A stretch of 63,994 bases of DNA, filler included, from Basidioascus undulatus (Eukaryota), in NCBI GenBank assembly GCA_000826855.1. It is 4 parts of 4 records of this genome, joined end to end, with 100 filler letters (N's around TTAATTAATTAA, not from the genome) between each part and the next. Parts side by side here need not be neighbours in the genome. Positions count along the whole stretch, not along the records: positions 1 to 16,076 come from JTLS01000607.1; 3 more parts are not named here. One strand, 5' to 3'. Of this stretch, positions 1 to 13,349 are shown one piece after another. The stretch's first letter is position 1. The number at the start of each line of letters is the position of its first letter. The translations under genes were made by a program, and so were the position numbers. The notes beneath the pieces were generated by a model. It saw nothing but the letters and a program-made list of their open reading frames with translations, searched no databases and was not told where the DNA came from.

Positions 1-3000
1 CCTAGCGCGCGGGCTATGGCATTGAGGGTGTGTGTGGGGAGGTGGTCGATTACGCTGAGGGGTGTTGTGAGGCGGAAGTTGAAGCACGAGAGTACAGTGA
101 AAGTAAGCGTCCAAGAAGCAGTACGACGATGCGCGTTCATAACGACGGTTTCACGAGCTGAACGGCAACCGTCCCACCCAGACGTCACCGCGCCCTGAGG
201 GCGACGCGTCATACTTTGGTCTACAGAGCAAGAAGAGCGCGCGCAATTTTCCATTATTCACGCCGTCAGACAACCATACATGGCGTATGTCGATTAGGCC
301 AAGGCGAGCCGCAGCCTGGGATTGACTAGAAGACTTTCGTCGTCGTCGCTGTGGGCTTCGCACACGGGCCTTCGCACACGGTGCATGACGCCCGCTCAGC
401 AATGGACTTGATTCTACGTCCCCCATCGGGAATCAGTGACATTTATTAAGGATCTCTGGGCTTGGAAGCGAGCTGCTTGGGGCTCAATACCGATTCCTGG
501 AAAGAAGCAGCAGTAGTGGAGCAGTCTCAGATGTTGCGCCGGTCGTCATAAACCTTCACGGCGGTGGGCCTGAACTCCAGCGCCACTAGGCGATGCTGCG
601 TTATTGCGAGCAGTGTCTGCTGCTGTGGACGTTGTTTGGTGACAACTATTTATATTGGATTGACGGAGGTGGACGCTCGACTGTAAGCGGATGCGCTATC
701 GCAGCTGTAGTCTGTGCTCTCAGCTGCAGAACGCAGCTGAAGCGCGAAAGTACACTGCGTGTTCGTTTTTGTTGCGCTACCGAGATTGTAACCTACTGTT
801 TCCGGTTCACTTCGAAAAAAGAACTCTCTTACAGTACTCTCTGTCTGATGTCAAGGGACGCTTTCAGAAAATCCGAGCCGTCATGCCCCCCGAGTGACTG
901 CACAATGGAAGCGCCGCGGGCAGCTGCACTCAGTGCTGTCCGCTCTGGCTGCCATTTCATACAGTCCAGGAAGTGAGGTTTTACTAGATCACATTCCTCA
1001 GTGTACCTTCTCACGCACACTGCCGAATACTTGCAGCGCCGCGCTGACGCAGCCCACCTAGGCTTCGAACCGCGCCCCTCTCCTGCTCACTCCTGTCATC
1101 TTCGCCCTCCTGCAGCCTTCCAGAAAGCACCCCCCTAGTGGGTGTGGGCATAGCACTATTGCCCTCGGTATGTCTTTCACGACGCTGAGGCATGGAAGCG
1201 GCCCCAGTCTCACAAAATGTCGGCGAGCGAGGCCGGCTGATTTGACATTGCCGGGCAGTGCATCCAATGCTGTCGTTGCTTGAAAATGTGGTTCTCTTGC
1301 TAAAATACAGCCCATACTTTCGCTCTCCTCAATTTTAAATATACGTTTTCATTCTCCCCTGTTCCTGCCCGTCGTGCCATACAGCGAAGCAGCGGGAAAC
1401 GCCGACCGTGTTGCCAACGTTGGAACTCCCCGAGCTGCCACCAGACGACGCTTCACCCAAGATTTATTCTGGCCTTGGACGTTCCGATCTCTTGTTGTTT
1501 TGAAGAGAGTGGACGCGGACATCCAAAATGCAGACCATCTCGGGCAGTTAGGCGAGAGACATACAGCGACGGCAACTGCGACTGGACAGATGGATGCACA
1601 GTGCGGGCTGCACTCCCGCTGGCGGGTCCACGACCGGACACATTTTGCTGTCCAGGCTTGATTGTGATGGAGGGAACAAGCTCCTCATGAACTAGGATGT
1701 TTGCTCTACCGTCCCTCCGAGGTCTTCTCGCTCGGGCGTTCAGCCCATAAAGTGCGTACAGTAGAATCCTGCGAGACTGTTCAGGACCGTGACAGCGCCT
1801 ACAGTACGTGAGACCTCTGAGGTTTCATAATCCACTACAATGCGTCTTACTAAAATGATAGCAGACTGTCGCCAACCTGATTCATCCAGCCGAGAGCGCC
1901 TTCGCTGAACAGACCCCTGGCATCTGGTGTAACATTGACGAGCGTACGGTGAGGAGAGGGTCACCCTCGCATTGTCCCCCAGACTCTCAACCCTTCATAT
2001 CCCATTGAACATTCTGGAACAGAGACCCGACTAAATAACATCGACCTTATAGCGCGTACGGGACTGCTGCTGCGCGGGTGGACTAGGTGGTGCTGCCAGC
2101 TGTTTGTTCTTCATCAGCCAAGGTTCACCGCGGCGTCTGGCAGTTCATTTTGCTAGCGTGCGATGCTGGTGCTGGAAAGGGAGGTCTAGATCGGGTCGGG
2201 GTTGCTTGTGGAGCGGGGAGCAGCTGGAACGTAGGGGCGACGCTGGAGAGCGAGCGAGCGTGTGAAGCTGGTGCGTGGAGTCGGAGTCGGCTGTTGGGGA
2301 TGGAGGATAGGGAGCTGACTAGTTGTTTAGTTTTCGATGGGGTCTTTGAAAAAAAAAACTTGTAGGAATATCACAGTTGTACTGTACAGGGAGGCGGCGA
2401 CGTGAAACAATGTACACGTGTGCTGCCGCAAGCACCTCGAAGAAATAAAAATGGCCGAGGACTGTGCAAGAAACGCGTTGAGGTCACCTGGCCTGCCAGA
2501 TGTCAGCACGTGGAGCGAGTCATTATACTTGCCTGCGATGGACGCGCGTTGGTCGATCGCGGCTCCCTCCTTCCTTCTCGCGCCGTGTCCGTTCATCGCT
2601 CTTGCCCTCTCCTCGCCGCATTCGCTCCATCTCCATCTCCATCGCCCCCACCCCTGAGCTTATATCGCTCTCTCCGTCCTCCGCTCGAATTCGCACAGTC
2701 TTTCCGCGCGGGCCGTCGCTCGATCAGCGACCCCAGAGACGCGTTCGTTCGCCAGACAACAAACAAAGGACCGCCACGGCCCCCTCAGCGCCCGCCTCGC
2801 GACAGGCAGCCTTGCGCTCGTCCGTAACTCGACGCATTGTTGTCCTTGCCCCTCGATAATCGCCTTTTATCCTCCAACCACCGCCATCCCTTACGCTCTC
2901 TGAACGCGTCTTGAAGACCCCGCCCGCGCACGCATACACTCTCCTTGCTTTCCCAGCCGCTCCTTGTCTTTGCATTCCCATCCCAACGACCCTGAACGAC

Positions 3001-3022
3001 CCCTACCCATTCTACTCTCACA

Positions 3023-4350
3023 ATGCCCCTTAACACCCGCCGCCCCTCGCTCCTCCTGACCCTCCCCGACCGCGGCCCGCACCTTGCGCCCTCCGCCGGC
3101 GCCCCGCGCTCACCGCACACCCCGCCGCCCTCCTCCTTCTCCCGCCGCCCCGCACCCCTCCGCCGCCGCGGGAGCAGCATGAGCAGCCTCCGTAGCTCCT
3201 TCTCCGAGGCGAGCGTCGAGAGCAGCGAGCTCGACTGGACGCGGGACGAGGACGAGCAGCTTGAGCGGGTGCGTCTTCCTTCTCCCTTCTCCCCTCCTCT
3301 TTGCGGGTTATACGAGGGGAAGCCGACGAGGCTGACGAGGACGCGCCTGAGTAGACATGCGAAGAGCACGTCAACGACCCGACCCTCACGCCCTACGCAA
3401 GCACCGCCCCGCCCCCGCAGCTTGTCCACCTACTCGCAAAGACGGCCGTTGCGTCCAAAACGACCTCAACTGAAGAGTGGCGGCACACGCTCCGGTACGC
3501 CCCCGCTCCCCCTTCTCCCCCTCCTCTCCCTCACTTACTCATCCTCCCCACCCCGAAGGTCCACCCGCCGCCGCCTGCACACCTTCCTCAAAGCAAATGC
3601 AGGCCCCCCAGCGCCCTCGCAGCGCCCCGCGCTCTATTCGCCGTACCCCGTGCCCTCCCCGCGCGCCCATACGGGCCTGCAGCGCCTGACGGGCTCGACC
3701 ACGCCCCCCGCGGGTGCGAGCCCGGCGAACGGGCTCGGCGAGGCGCTCGGGGCGGGGCTGCAGCTCAGCACGCCCAAGGCGAAGGCCGGACCCGCAGCGA
3801 GGAAGACGGCGCTTTACCGGCAGGGGAGCATGGACTTCTTGGGGAAGGGCGCGCTGGGTGCGGGCGCGAGGGAGATGGAGACTGTTCATGAGTGCGTCTT
3901 CCCGCTTCCCCTTCTTCCTCCTTCATTTCCCTTCTTGCCTTTTGCAACTGATCTCGTCCCCCCTCCTCCCCTTCCCTCTACAGGCTGAGCAACAAGCTCC
4001 AGTCCTCCTCGCCCACCTCGCACACGACACCCCGCAAGCCCGCCGCCTCCACGGCCCCCTCGCGGAACACGCCCTCGCACCAAACCCCACGCGCCACCGG
4101 ACACCCGTACCTCCTCCGCCCATCCCCCTCGCCCTCGAAACACAAGTCCTCTTCCGTCACCACCTCCTTCGCCGCTCCCGCTCCATCATCCACCGCCCCC
4201 TCCTCGCTCTCCGCCGCCGCCGCCGCTGCTGCCGCGGCGATGCCCTCCCCGGCGCGCGCGCTCCGGCGCTCGACGCGCTCGTCAGAGCGCGAGCTCCAGG
4301 CGCTCGGGAGCCCGTTTGACGAGCAGTTTGCGGGCGTGTGGGGCAAGTGA
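3023..4350 (+). CDS. Hypothetical fungal protein, Ser/Pro-rich, about 4 exons
   Basis: ATG at 3023 after a pyrimidine-rich leader. GT..AG introns at about 3269-3354, 3495-3558 and 3892-3983 join into an open frame (LDWTRDEDEQLER|TCEEHVNDPTLTPY...EEWRHTLR|STRRRLHTFL...LGSPFDEQFAGVWGK*). No family recognised. Confidence 0.7.
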
Positions 4351-4878
4351 GTGAGGACAGGGCGTAGTGCTTTCCATTGCTTGAACGGACTGTTCTCCCG
4401 AGGGAATGTTCACGTTCATTCCTTCCCTTTTCGCGTAGACTTGACGAACTCGAACTTGACCTATAGCTCTTCCATTCTTCCCTCCTCACGTCCATGCCCC
4501 ATGTCGTATATCTCCAGCAACGCACCCCCAGCAGCAGCCCCTGTACCTGGCCCAGAGCCTGATAGTTTTCCGTTCCTCCCTTCGCCCTGGTTATCCCCTT
4601 GCGCCTCCGGCCGCCGTTCGATCTTCGATTTTGTTCTCCCCCCTAGTGTCTTCGTAGCTGCTGCTGCTGCTCCGCTCCACTCCGCAACGCACCTCTGCAT
4701 GTACAGCCCTTGAGAATCTTGTTAGCACACAATTAAGAGCGCGAGTGAGAACTTGCTTGTACCACCACCACCACACGTTGGCGGGCTGTGCTGTGTAGTA
4801 CGGAAAGTTTTCCGAAGGGAAAGTCGGGCTGGAACAGCGTGAGAGGTGAGAGGCACTTTCGACGTCTGCGGCTCGCAT

Positions 4879-6920
4879 ATGACTCACGCACTCGCCGATG
4901 CGCTCGCCATGAGCCCCTCCTCATAGCACTCATTCGCTCGCGTCCTGTCAATTCTCGGCGATTGGGCTGCAGTCGCCGACGGGCAGCAAGACCCTGATTC
5001 TGTCGACCCACCTGCACCCCTCCTCGATCTCAAACCCCTCCTCTTCCTCGATCGCACGTCGCACTCGATCGTCAAAGACGACGTCTACAGGTCCATCTCG
5101 TTTCTTCAATTGGGATTTGGAGCCGGTGAGGTGGGATCGGAAGGCACAGGCGGTGCTGGACCGGGAGGTGGGGGACGTTCCGGCGCGGGTCCGGTGCGCC
5201 TTCTTTCAATTCGTGAACGCACGACCGTATATTTTCAATATGATATTGTCTTCAGGGTCCTCCGACTCGACATAGGCCACCCGCGGATCGTCGGCCGCAG
5301 TCCCGCACCGCGAGTGGATCCTACGAAGCACCCCCCGCTCGACTACGGGCTTCTCGCGCGCTTCTTCACGCGCTCCCCAGCCTGCACACCCTCCACTTGA
5401 GCATCAATCACTTCTTCCACCGTTACGACGACGTCCCTGTCAACCAATCCATCCCCTCCGCGGCGCCCGGCGCGCTCGCGGCCCTCCCGATACGGCACCT
5501 CGCCCTGTCGAACCAGGCCGTCGACGCCGCCGCGCTCGCAGGCGCGACGCTCAGCGGGCTCGAGTCCCTCGAATGGCGCCCGAACGAACATGGAGACGGA
5601 GCGGCGTTCCGGGCGCTTGCGTCCGCGTCGGCGACGACGCTCGAGCGCGTGAAGATCACGCTCCCGCTGCCTAACCACTTTGACGCGCGCTTCCGCGAAG
5701 AAGGGCTCGAGGATTTCCCCGAGACAGCGGACGCCTACCTCCCCGGAGGCTCGCGCTCCCCCGCCACGCTCGTCCTCGTGGGACGTTCTTCCCGAGCTCA
5801 GGCTGGGCAGCGGCGTTCCTCGCTGCGCACCCGTCCCTCCTGTCCTTCACCCGCCGCTGAAGTACCAGACCGACGACCCAACGCGCCCCATGTTCGTCCC
5901 CGAGCCGCTCATGGTCTGCCCCACCGCCACCGCCCCCACCCCGACCACGTCCATCCGGCACCTCCACCTCCCCGAGCTGCCCGACCCGTCCGAGCGCCTC
6001 CTCCGCGCGTGCCCGTGCCTCGAGCACCTCGAGATCGCGTACATGAGCACTGGTATGGCTATTCTGTGCGCGCGCTTCCTCAAGCGCCGCGACGCGCTCA
6101 TGCACGAGCTGGCGGGCCACCTCGCGCGCTGTAAGGCGCTGAGGAGAGCGAAGATGAGGATGGGCCCTGCTCTGACGGCGCCGCTGCTGCACATGCTGTG
6201 CGAGGCCATGACTGCTGTGGAGGAGCTCGAGCTTTGGACGGGATGGCCGGGCGAGACGGTGGAAACGTCAGACGAGTATGACACGGATCCGACGCTCGAC
6301 ATCGTGCGTGCGGGCTTCTGCTCGGTCCGCTCCCTTCCCTGACCAAGTGTCTTCTTCTCAGAACGCCTTCATCGCCTCCCTCTCCCCCCTTCAGAGCGTC
6401 CGCGCCCTCACGCTGCGGCACGTCCTGCCCCTTCCCCCAGGGGTCCCGCACCACGAGATCGCGACCGCGCGGATCCGGGCCGAGGAAGGTCCCTTCTTCT
6501 TCTCCACCCCGAACGACGACGAAGAGCCGGACGACCGCTCATGTGCGCGGGAGATCGCCGCCTGGGTGCGCGCGCACGCGGGCGCGTTCGCAGGCGCTGT
6601 GGAGGAGATGGGGCGCGTCTTGCTGGACCTGCGCAGGCTCACGTGGGAGCCCGGGATGGACTTGGCTGGGTGGTGCGAGGATGAGAAAGGAAGGGAAAGT
6701 GGGCGGTCAGGTGGGTCATGCACGATGGGTTTGTGGGGGCGGGGAACGTCGTGGACATTCAGCACGATGCGGACGCATATGACTGTAGGTTGTCGCGCTT
6801 GGAGGCGTTGTTGAAAGGTCGCTTGCAGCTATTAGACGTGAGGATTCTGCACGTGAGGATTCTGCGCACCGGGGGCTGGACCCGGCTGGTGCAGTGTTGC
6901 CATGTTCGTGCTTCTTTAGG
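4879..6920 (+). pseudogene. Decayed F-box/RNI-like (LRR) protein gene
   Basis: LRR-like segments (LPSLHTLHL, IRHLAL, LESLEW, IRHLHL, CPCLEHLEI, VEELEL, VRALTL, LRRLTW) fall in different frames with no introns between them (shifts near 5770 and 6690). In-frame TAG at 4924-4926 after ATG 4879. End is approximate. Confidence 0.55.
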
Positions 6921-7150
6921 GGAGGCGGTGTCGCGACCACACGACCGCCAAGCCTGCACAACTCCCAGCTCCGAACCCCTGCACTGTTTGTTTCTCGCTG
7001 CATCATTGACTATGTATTATCAGCATTATGCGGTGATCTTCAAGTACACTTCATCTATCGTTCCCAAAACATAGCCAGCGCATTCAAGCGGAGAGAAGCG
7101 TCTTCGCGGACTGTCGTCGCCCAATTGTTAAGTGCTGAAACAACTCCGTA

Positions 7151-8206
7151 TCAGAACTGCCAGTCTAACAGTACAGGTGTAAGCCCCCTCCACTGTCTGA
7201 AGTCCCTCCCAAACCCAGGATGCCCTCCGCCAAGAGTTCCGAACAGCGTCCTGAAATGAACATGCCCGTGCTCGTCGCGCTCGAGTTGCTCTTCAGGGGG
7301 CCCCTTGTCCCACATAGCGCATAATCCGGCATCGTAAAAGGCTGGATGCCAAGGGAGCGATCCAATCTGGCAGACGGTCGCTATGCATCGGATGCGTACG
7401 TGAGCAAACACTTTTCAAGCAGGACTGCAACAGAAGAATGAGGGCTCTCACAAGGCCACAGCTGCCATGGCGAAACCGGGTACTGTCACGCCCTCGGGAT
7501 TCGTTGCGTGGGTTGTTTGGATATCCTCCCGGAAGTGCGGGATGCCGAAGGCGACGGTGAGCTGGGAGACAGGAGGTGCCGTGGCGAGACCGAACAGCGC
7601 GTCGGGGACGTCGCCGAGCGACGCGCCCCAGCCTCCGCTCAGGTCCTCGGGCGTTGCGATCCACTCGAAGGCCAGCCTACGCTGACGGAAGTAAGGGTGC
7701 ATAGAGAGGATGATGTTGGCCTGTGAGATCTCCTCTGGCGAGGGTACGGACGCGTGCTTTGTAAAATCGAAACCTGTACATTCAAGAGCCCCCGAAGTGT
7801 TACAGGTTGATCCAAGACCACAATACCTACGTTTAATTAAGCTAACCCAGCCGTTGCGAGAAAGTTTCGGCTAGCGGATTGGTGGTCGGTGCATAGTTCG
7901 AGCTCATCCTCTCCAATCGCAACCTCCCTCAAGCGATGCCCCCGCTGTGGAGTTCGTTCTGCAGCGCGCACGAGCGCGGCAATGATTGCGCTTGAACGGG
8001 GTTGGTACTTCCAGCAGAAAGAACCTTCAGCGTGCCTGCCGACGCCGACCGAGGTATTAATGGGCGTGCCAGTCGGACTCCGAGTATGAGTGGAGATGTG
8101 CACGAGACGTATGCGCGAGTGCGAGATGAGTTGTGAGATCTCGAGGGTGGATGAAAGATTTGATGTAGACGAGAATTTCATGGGGAGCGGTGTTGAGATA
8201 AGTCAT
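7151..8206 (-). pseudogene. Decayed F-box-like protein gene
   Basis: N-terminus MTYLNTAPHEILVYIKSFIHPRDLTTHLALAHTSR has an F-box pattern, then stops (TAA at 8057). Protein-like sequence continues in other frames (GVGRHAEGSFCW; FGLATAPPVSQL...TNPEGVTV; FRTLFGTL). Confidence 0.55.
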
Positions 8207-9437
8207 AATGATCTGTGAGCGAGGAAGACGGTGAAGACAGCTGGCAAAGTGGCTGGGCGTCGAGAGAAAGTGCCCACAGCGGCTCAGCCATGCTCCGGCA
8301 TTCATTCAGTAAACGGCCTGGCTTCGACTGGAACCCCTTCCTTCCCATCCTTCCAACGGATAACTTAATTTCATCTTCGAACGAAATCCCGTGCTTGAAG
8401 ATCTACCATGTATCAGATACAGCAAGTAACAGGACGTCGGCATCCGCTTGAGGCGTTGCACAAGGCACTTCCGGAGTTTTGGATTCTGTTCAGGGCCTGT
8501 TGATATAGTCTCAAACTTAAGCGAGTACCAAGCATACAGAAGGACAGAGCTTACACTGCAACAGTGGCAGTCGACACCAGTGTGACAAGTCTTGTAGCAA
8601 AGACATGGCAGCGACGCAAAGACGAGATTTGGAAGACCCGCTTCCCACCACATCACTCCCCTGGTTTTCACAGTTCACTTCTCAGATGAGGAAAAACCGC
8701 TGCTGCGACGAAAGCATCAATCACCCTCAGCCAGGTCATAGACCGGTGTGCTTCTCGCCGTGTCGCCACGTACAGCAACCTCAACAACTTGAATCTTCAA
8801 GACCCAGTCTGAACTTCTAATCATGAGGTTTACATCCCGGCAGGCATTGTCATAGCCACGGCCCGGCAGATCGTTTCGTGGACGCCTGACGGTGACCTAC
8901 CCGAGGTCACCCGCCCTTGTGTCCCTGTGTCGAAAAAACCGAACGGAACTTCCCTCTCTGCAGAATTAGGTTGGATCGATGTTCTTGCTGCTCCTAGTAC
9001 CGTCCCTACTTCATTTTCGTTCCCCTGTCCTTACGATTTCGCACGCGATCGGCTGACGGGTCCTTGCAGTTGCCGTCTTGCTTCCTCCGAGGCCTGCCTC
9101 TGCTCTCGTCGTACCGCACGCTGGGGCGGCAGACACGGTGACGTCTTACAGAGAAACCAGACCTGAATTCGTCTTATCAGGATCCGTGGGCGTATCACGA
9201 AGGGCAGGGCTCTTGCCCCTGGCCCGCGGGTGACGACACCTTAGCGACCGACTGTCACATGAAGATTCACTGCATCTGCTTTCTGGAGCAGCGTCCGGCG
9301 AAACGCTGCCTTCTCCTTATCTCTCCTCTATCCAGGACAAGCCCTCCATTCTTCATGGGTCAATTAAATCGAACAGAAAGCGGGTGGGAAGCTTACTACA
9401 CAACGAAGGCGGAGAGAGCGGGCCTGGCGGTGCGCCC

Positions 9438-11247
9438 ATGTCCCACATGACTAGCAACGCGGCATTCACTGAAACGTTGGCCCAGCTCATCGGCGCTGCG
9501 GGCGTGGCGAGTGCAATAAGTGCCTCTTGCGTGGTCGCCTACATTATTGTGAGCCTTTTCCAACCCGAAGGGCTAGGAGTATGGGAGATAAGGGAGTCTG
9601 GATCGCTGAGAAAATGCGCCAGCGTCGCTCGTACCTGCCTCGCAAGTCTGGGGACGGGTTCAAAGCTTTCTTTCACGGAGCTCTGGTGGGTGCAAACCTA
9701 CCTTTGGAGGCAGTACAGGACGATCTGAAAGAGGACCTCACCAGGGCTACTACCTTCTTAGCGACCTGATTTGCAACGCTATTGACGGCTGCGGTTTCTC
9801 CATTAATTTCGCGTGGCTTGCACGTAGAGGCGTCTACATGGGCGTTGCTTGCACAGCTCAAGGTCAGCCCATCAGACAATGTAGCACTTGGAAGTGAGCA
9901 ATCTCACTGAGTTCCCTGGGCACTGGCGTGTGCACCCAGGCGTGTTCTGTCAGCTCGGTGAAATGGGGGACGCCATCTGGTGCGCCCCTCCTTGACAACT
10001 TTGTCGCAATTCCCGACTGGAAGCGCCTGAGACTTATTATGATCTGTCAGGACTTTCGCCATTGCAATGCATACATTCTCGCTTCTCATAGGACGGCCAC
10101 CTCCGCGTTGGATCGCCCGGTTCTTGCTTGTGTTTGGTTGGGCAAGCCCGTCCTTATTGAGTTCGACTTGATTTCGTCTATCAAAGCTGAGATTCAGGAA
10201 TATTTTTAAAGGTCACACCAGTCATTCTCGTGGTGGTCGGTCCGACTGCCGTCGTTCATCCACCGCGGAGTTTTTGGGATGCCAATCGAGGCGGGGCGTG
10301 GTGCTGGCGAGGTGTCAGCTACACTATCGTTCTCATGTGGTACTGGGTCCGTTCCGTATCTCGTCTCGAACGTCCTGAAACAGATGAATAGACTCAAAAT
10401 AATGGAAGGACAGGCATGGGCGCTCCTCATCCTGCTCATCAACTTCCTCCTCTACCTGTACATCTACGTTAAAGTCTTCTGGTCCTTCATCGACGAGCTT
10501 CGCCGCTCGCGCCCGACTACGTTCGGGTTCTTCGAAGCGAGGGTCGCACGTCGGACGAGCCACGCAGCACCCGCAGCGACTGCGCATGGCGCTCACGCCG
10601 GCGACCAGCTGCCGCAGCTACATTCGTCGCACAGCGAAGGCGACGAAGGACTCATGGGGGGCATGCGGAGAGCCGCTTCAGCCGTGAGTGCTGGCGCTGG
10701 TGATGGTTCCGCCCCGATCGTTGGGGAGGATGTCCTCAAGGCTGCGAGGAAGCTCTTGCTGTACGTGCTGGTGTTTTCGTGGCTGCATGTCGGTTTCTCG
10801 GACATCGTGCAGACACAGCGGAGAAGTAACTGAAGTCGTGGATAATTTCATACAGATACCCGCTTATCTGGAGCATTAACTTGATCCCGCTCGCCGTCGT
10901 AAAGCTGAGCGGCATGGGCTGGCGACCGCCAACATGTCTCGTCATTTTGGCTGGGGTCTGCTTCGCCAGCACAGGTAGAGCACGTCCAAAAGACACCAGA
11001 AGCGCCTTACTGAAATTCCTTTGATACGGACCGTCAAGGGCTCGCGGACGCCCTTCTCTTTCTTTTCATCCGCAAGGCGTTCATCACTGGTGCGAAGGGG
11101 GCAGGGCGCACCGATGCAGGGGTGATCCCTCCAACCGAGCTTGAGGCTCTTTCCATTCAGAATCATTGGGAGGATGTCGGATCGGGTATGGCACCATCGG
11201 AAGATAGCCCTGGAACGGAGAAAAGAGAGCTGGAGGTGATACGGTGA
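9438..11247 (+). CDS. Git3/Gpr1-family G-protein-coupled receptor (7TM), multi-exon
   Basis: Spliced protein contains YLLSDLICNAIDGCGFSINFAW..ACTAQG|VFCQLGEMGDAIW|TFAIAMHTF, GAWCW, ARKLLL|YPLIWSINLIPLAVVKL and LAGVCFASTG|LADALLFLFIRK, typical Git3-family TM motifs. One GC-AG intron near 10142. Confidence 0.85.
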
Positions 11248-12315
11248 AGCCAGGAAATACTCTTGTAGACCACTTGTAGATTTCGGACGGGCCCATGTAC
11301 ACGGTTGAAGCAGATATTCTCATGCCAAAGGATCAAAACTGAGTAATAAATATGCCAGTTATTATCTGATTTTACAGCTCCAACCTACATTATGGTAATC
11401 AGACGGAGGAGGGACAGCGCACCTTGCCAGAACTATGTGAAAGAGCGTCACACGCTAAACCCAGCAAAGTCTTGGTGCCGCTGAATTTCCGCCCTGTATT
11501 TGGTAGACAGGCGGATAGGACAGCAACTATTTTAAACGGCGGGAGCGATCCTCAACTAGTCCATGACGGGCGGCACTCTGTAGCTAGGCACTCTCGTCCT
11601 TCTTCACGATCCACCGTTTCCATCCTCATTGGCCCTTCAAGGTCACTGACGCCAGCGTTGAACACAGTGTCATCACTGCGTCAAAATCATGCACAAGGTC
11701 ACCCGGCAGCAGATTATTATTTTGAGTTTCTTTCAGACCTACGCCACACAGCCGCTGCCCGCATGCGGATCAGATGGTCATGCAGAAGACTCGTCCGTGG
11801 AACTGGGAGCACAGTTCTGTGGATTCAGAGTGAAGAACCGCTCATGCAAGGGGTGTGGGTTATCTCGAAAGCATACGTACTACTGCAGTATACCGGCTCG
11901 CCGACACCGGCGGTCCTTCATCTCACTCTCGTTTTCACCGCACAGAGCCAACTAGAGCAGAGGTCAAGGTAAATGCAGTATTAGAGACTTGTACGCGACC
12001 GAGAATAAACAAGCCAAGCTTTAGAATAGGCGCCGAGTCCGTCCCTGCGTGTCGATGCACGTCCCTGCCCTCCCCTCTGCCGCATCCTCTCTCCCGACCA
12101 GCACCCTCTGGATTCTCCGCCAACCAAGCCCTGCGTACGCGGTACGAAGCGCTTCGCCCAAGGAGACGTTCCCCACTCCCTGCTCTTCCAGCCCCCGCAC
12201 CGCCATATCCTCCCATCTTGCCTTTCCCCACAGCTTCCATCCCATCCACGCGCATTGTCGAGCAATCCCCTTCCTGAAACCTCCACCTCCCAACCCTTCT
12301 CCATGCTCTTCTAGC

Positions 12316-13349
12316 TCAGTGTCGCCGCGGCGCTCTCCCCCTCGAGGGCAGAAGCCCGACGATCCCGAATGACAGGACGTAAGTTGCGCTGGCTGTAGAT
12401 TGTTTATGAGCATTTACAGATCCAAGTCAGTTTCCGAAGTTAGATCGACGGAATATGAAAGAAGGAGGAGGAAGGAGAGGACGAGGCTCACCGCCCAATA
12501 TGGACGTCAGGACGCCGAGAGACGTTGCGGGTGAGGAGGCAAGCGCGAAGACGAGTAGCGTCCAGCCGAGAAGGATAGTGCACGTTAGGAGCTACAGGGA
12601 GGCGAAGTAGAGTATATGGGTGAGAGTGAGCATGTCGAGCGTGAGATGGGAGCGCGATGAAAAGAAGCTGGGAGAAGTGAGGAGGACGAACGGGAATGAC
12701 CAGCCGCAGTAGGGGGGAGCGAGTCCAGTTCTGATACTGTTAGGTTTGAGACGTAGTGGAGAAAAGCGTCAGCGTGTGAAAGGAGGCCGATATGTGTGAG
12801 GAAAATGGGAGGAGTGGGTGAGTGCGGCGGATTGTGGTGATCCCGCATGCTCCGGCCTCGTGCGTCCCAACAGCACGTCACCAGTGCCAAAGAAGTATCC
12901 CCAGAGACTTCCCACCTCCCTTTGGCAATTAAGGCAAGGTCACTCACGTCAGGCGTCTCGCGCTTGACCCACGGCAGCCAGAGGAGGAGGTACAAGAACA
13001 GGCCGACGCTGCCCGCGCCAGCCGCGATTGAGAGCTTTCCCGTCGTCCTGTTCCAGCAGCGCGCGCATGTCAGTAATTCCATTGAGTGCCGAAGCGGGTA
13101 GGGTATGGGAGGGAGGGAGAGAACGCAACTGAGCCCATCCCCCGCCTGTCAAGAGGCGCTCAAACTCGGTCGGCAGATCGAGGTACCAGGCCCCCACGGA
13201 GCCGGATACGACCCTGACAGATACGCAGCGGGTGTCAGAGTGCAAGGGGGGACACGGAGGAGGGACGAGGCGCAGACAGACCACTTGAGCTGCTTCGCGA
13301 AGTTGTTGACGATCCGTGGGGACTGTGAGGCGGGCGTTACGGCGGCCAT
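12316..13349 (-). CDS. Small multi-pass membrane protein (TMEM128-like)
   Basis: Spliced exons: MAAVTPASQSPRIVNNFAKQLKW|VVSGSVGAWYL..|..GLFLYLLLWLPWVKRETPD|..ILLGWTLLVFALAS..LTSILG|SATYVLSFGIVGLLPSRGRAPRRH*. About four hydrophobic segments. Family call is from remembered resemblance only. Confidence 0.65.

Noticed and set aside
68..760. Similar words gaagttgaagcacgagagtacagtg (about 75) and gcagctgaagcgcgaaagtacactg (about 733)
   Set aside because: Only two short diverged copies, with no terminal-repeat or array structure; cannot support a mobile element or CRISPR.
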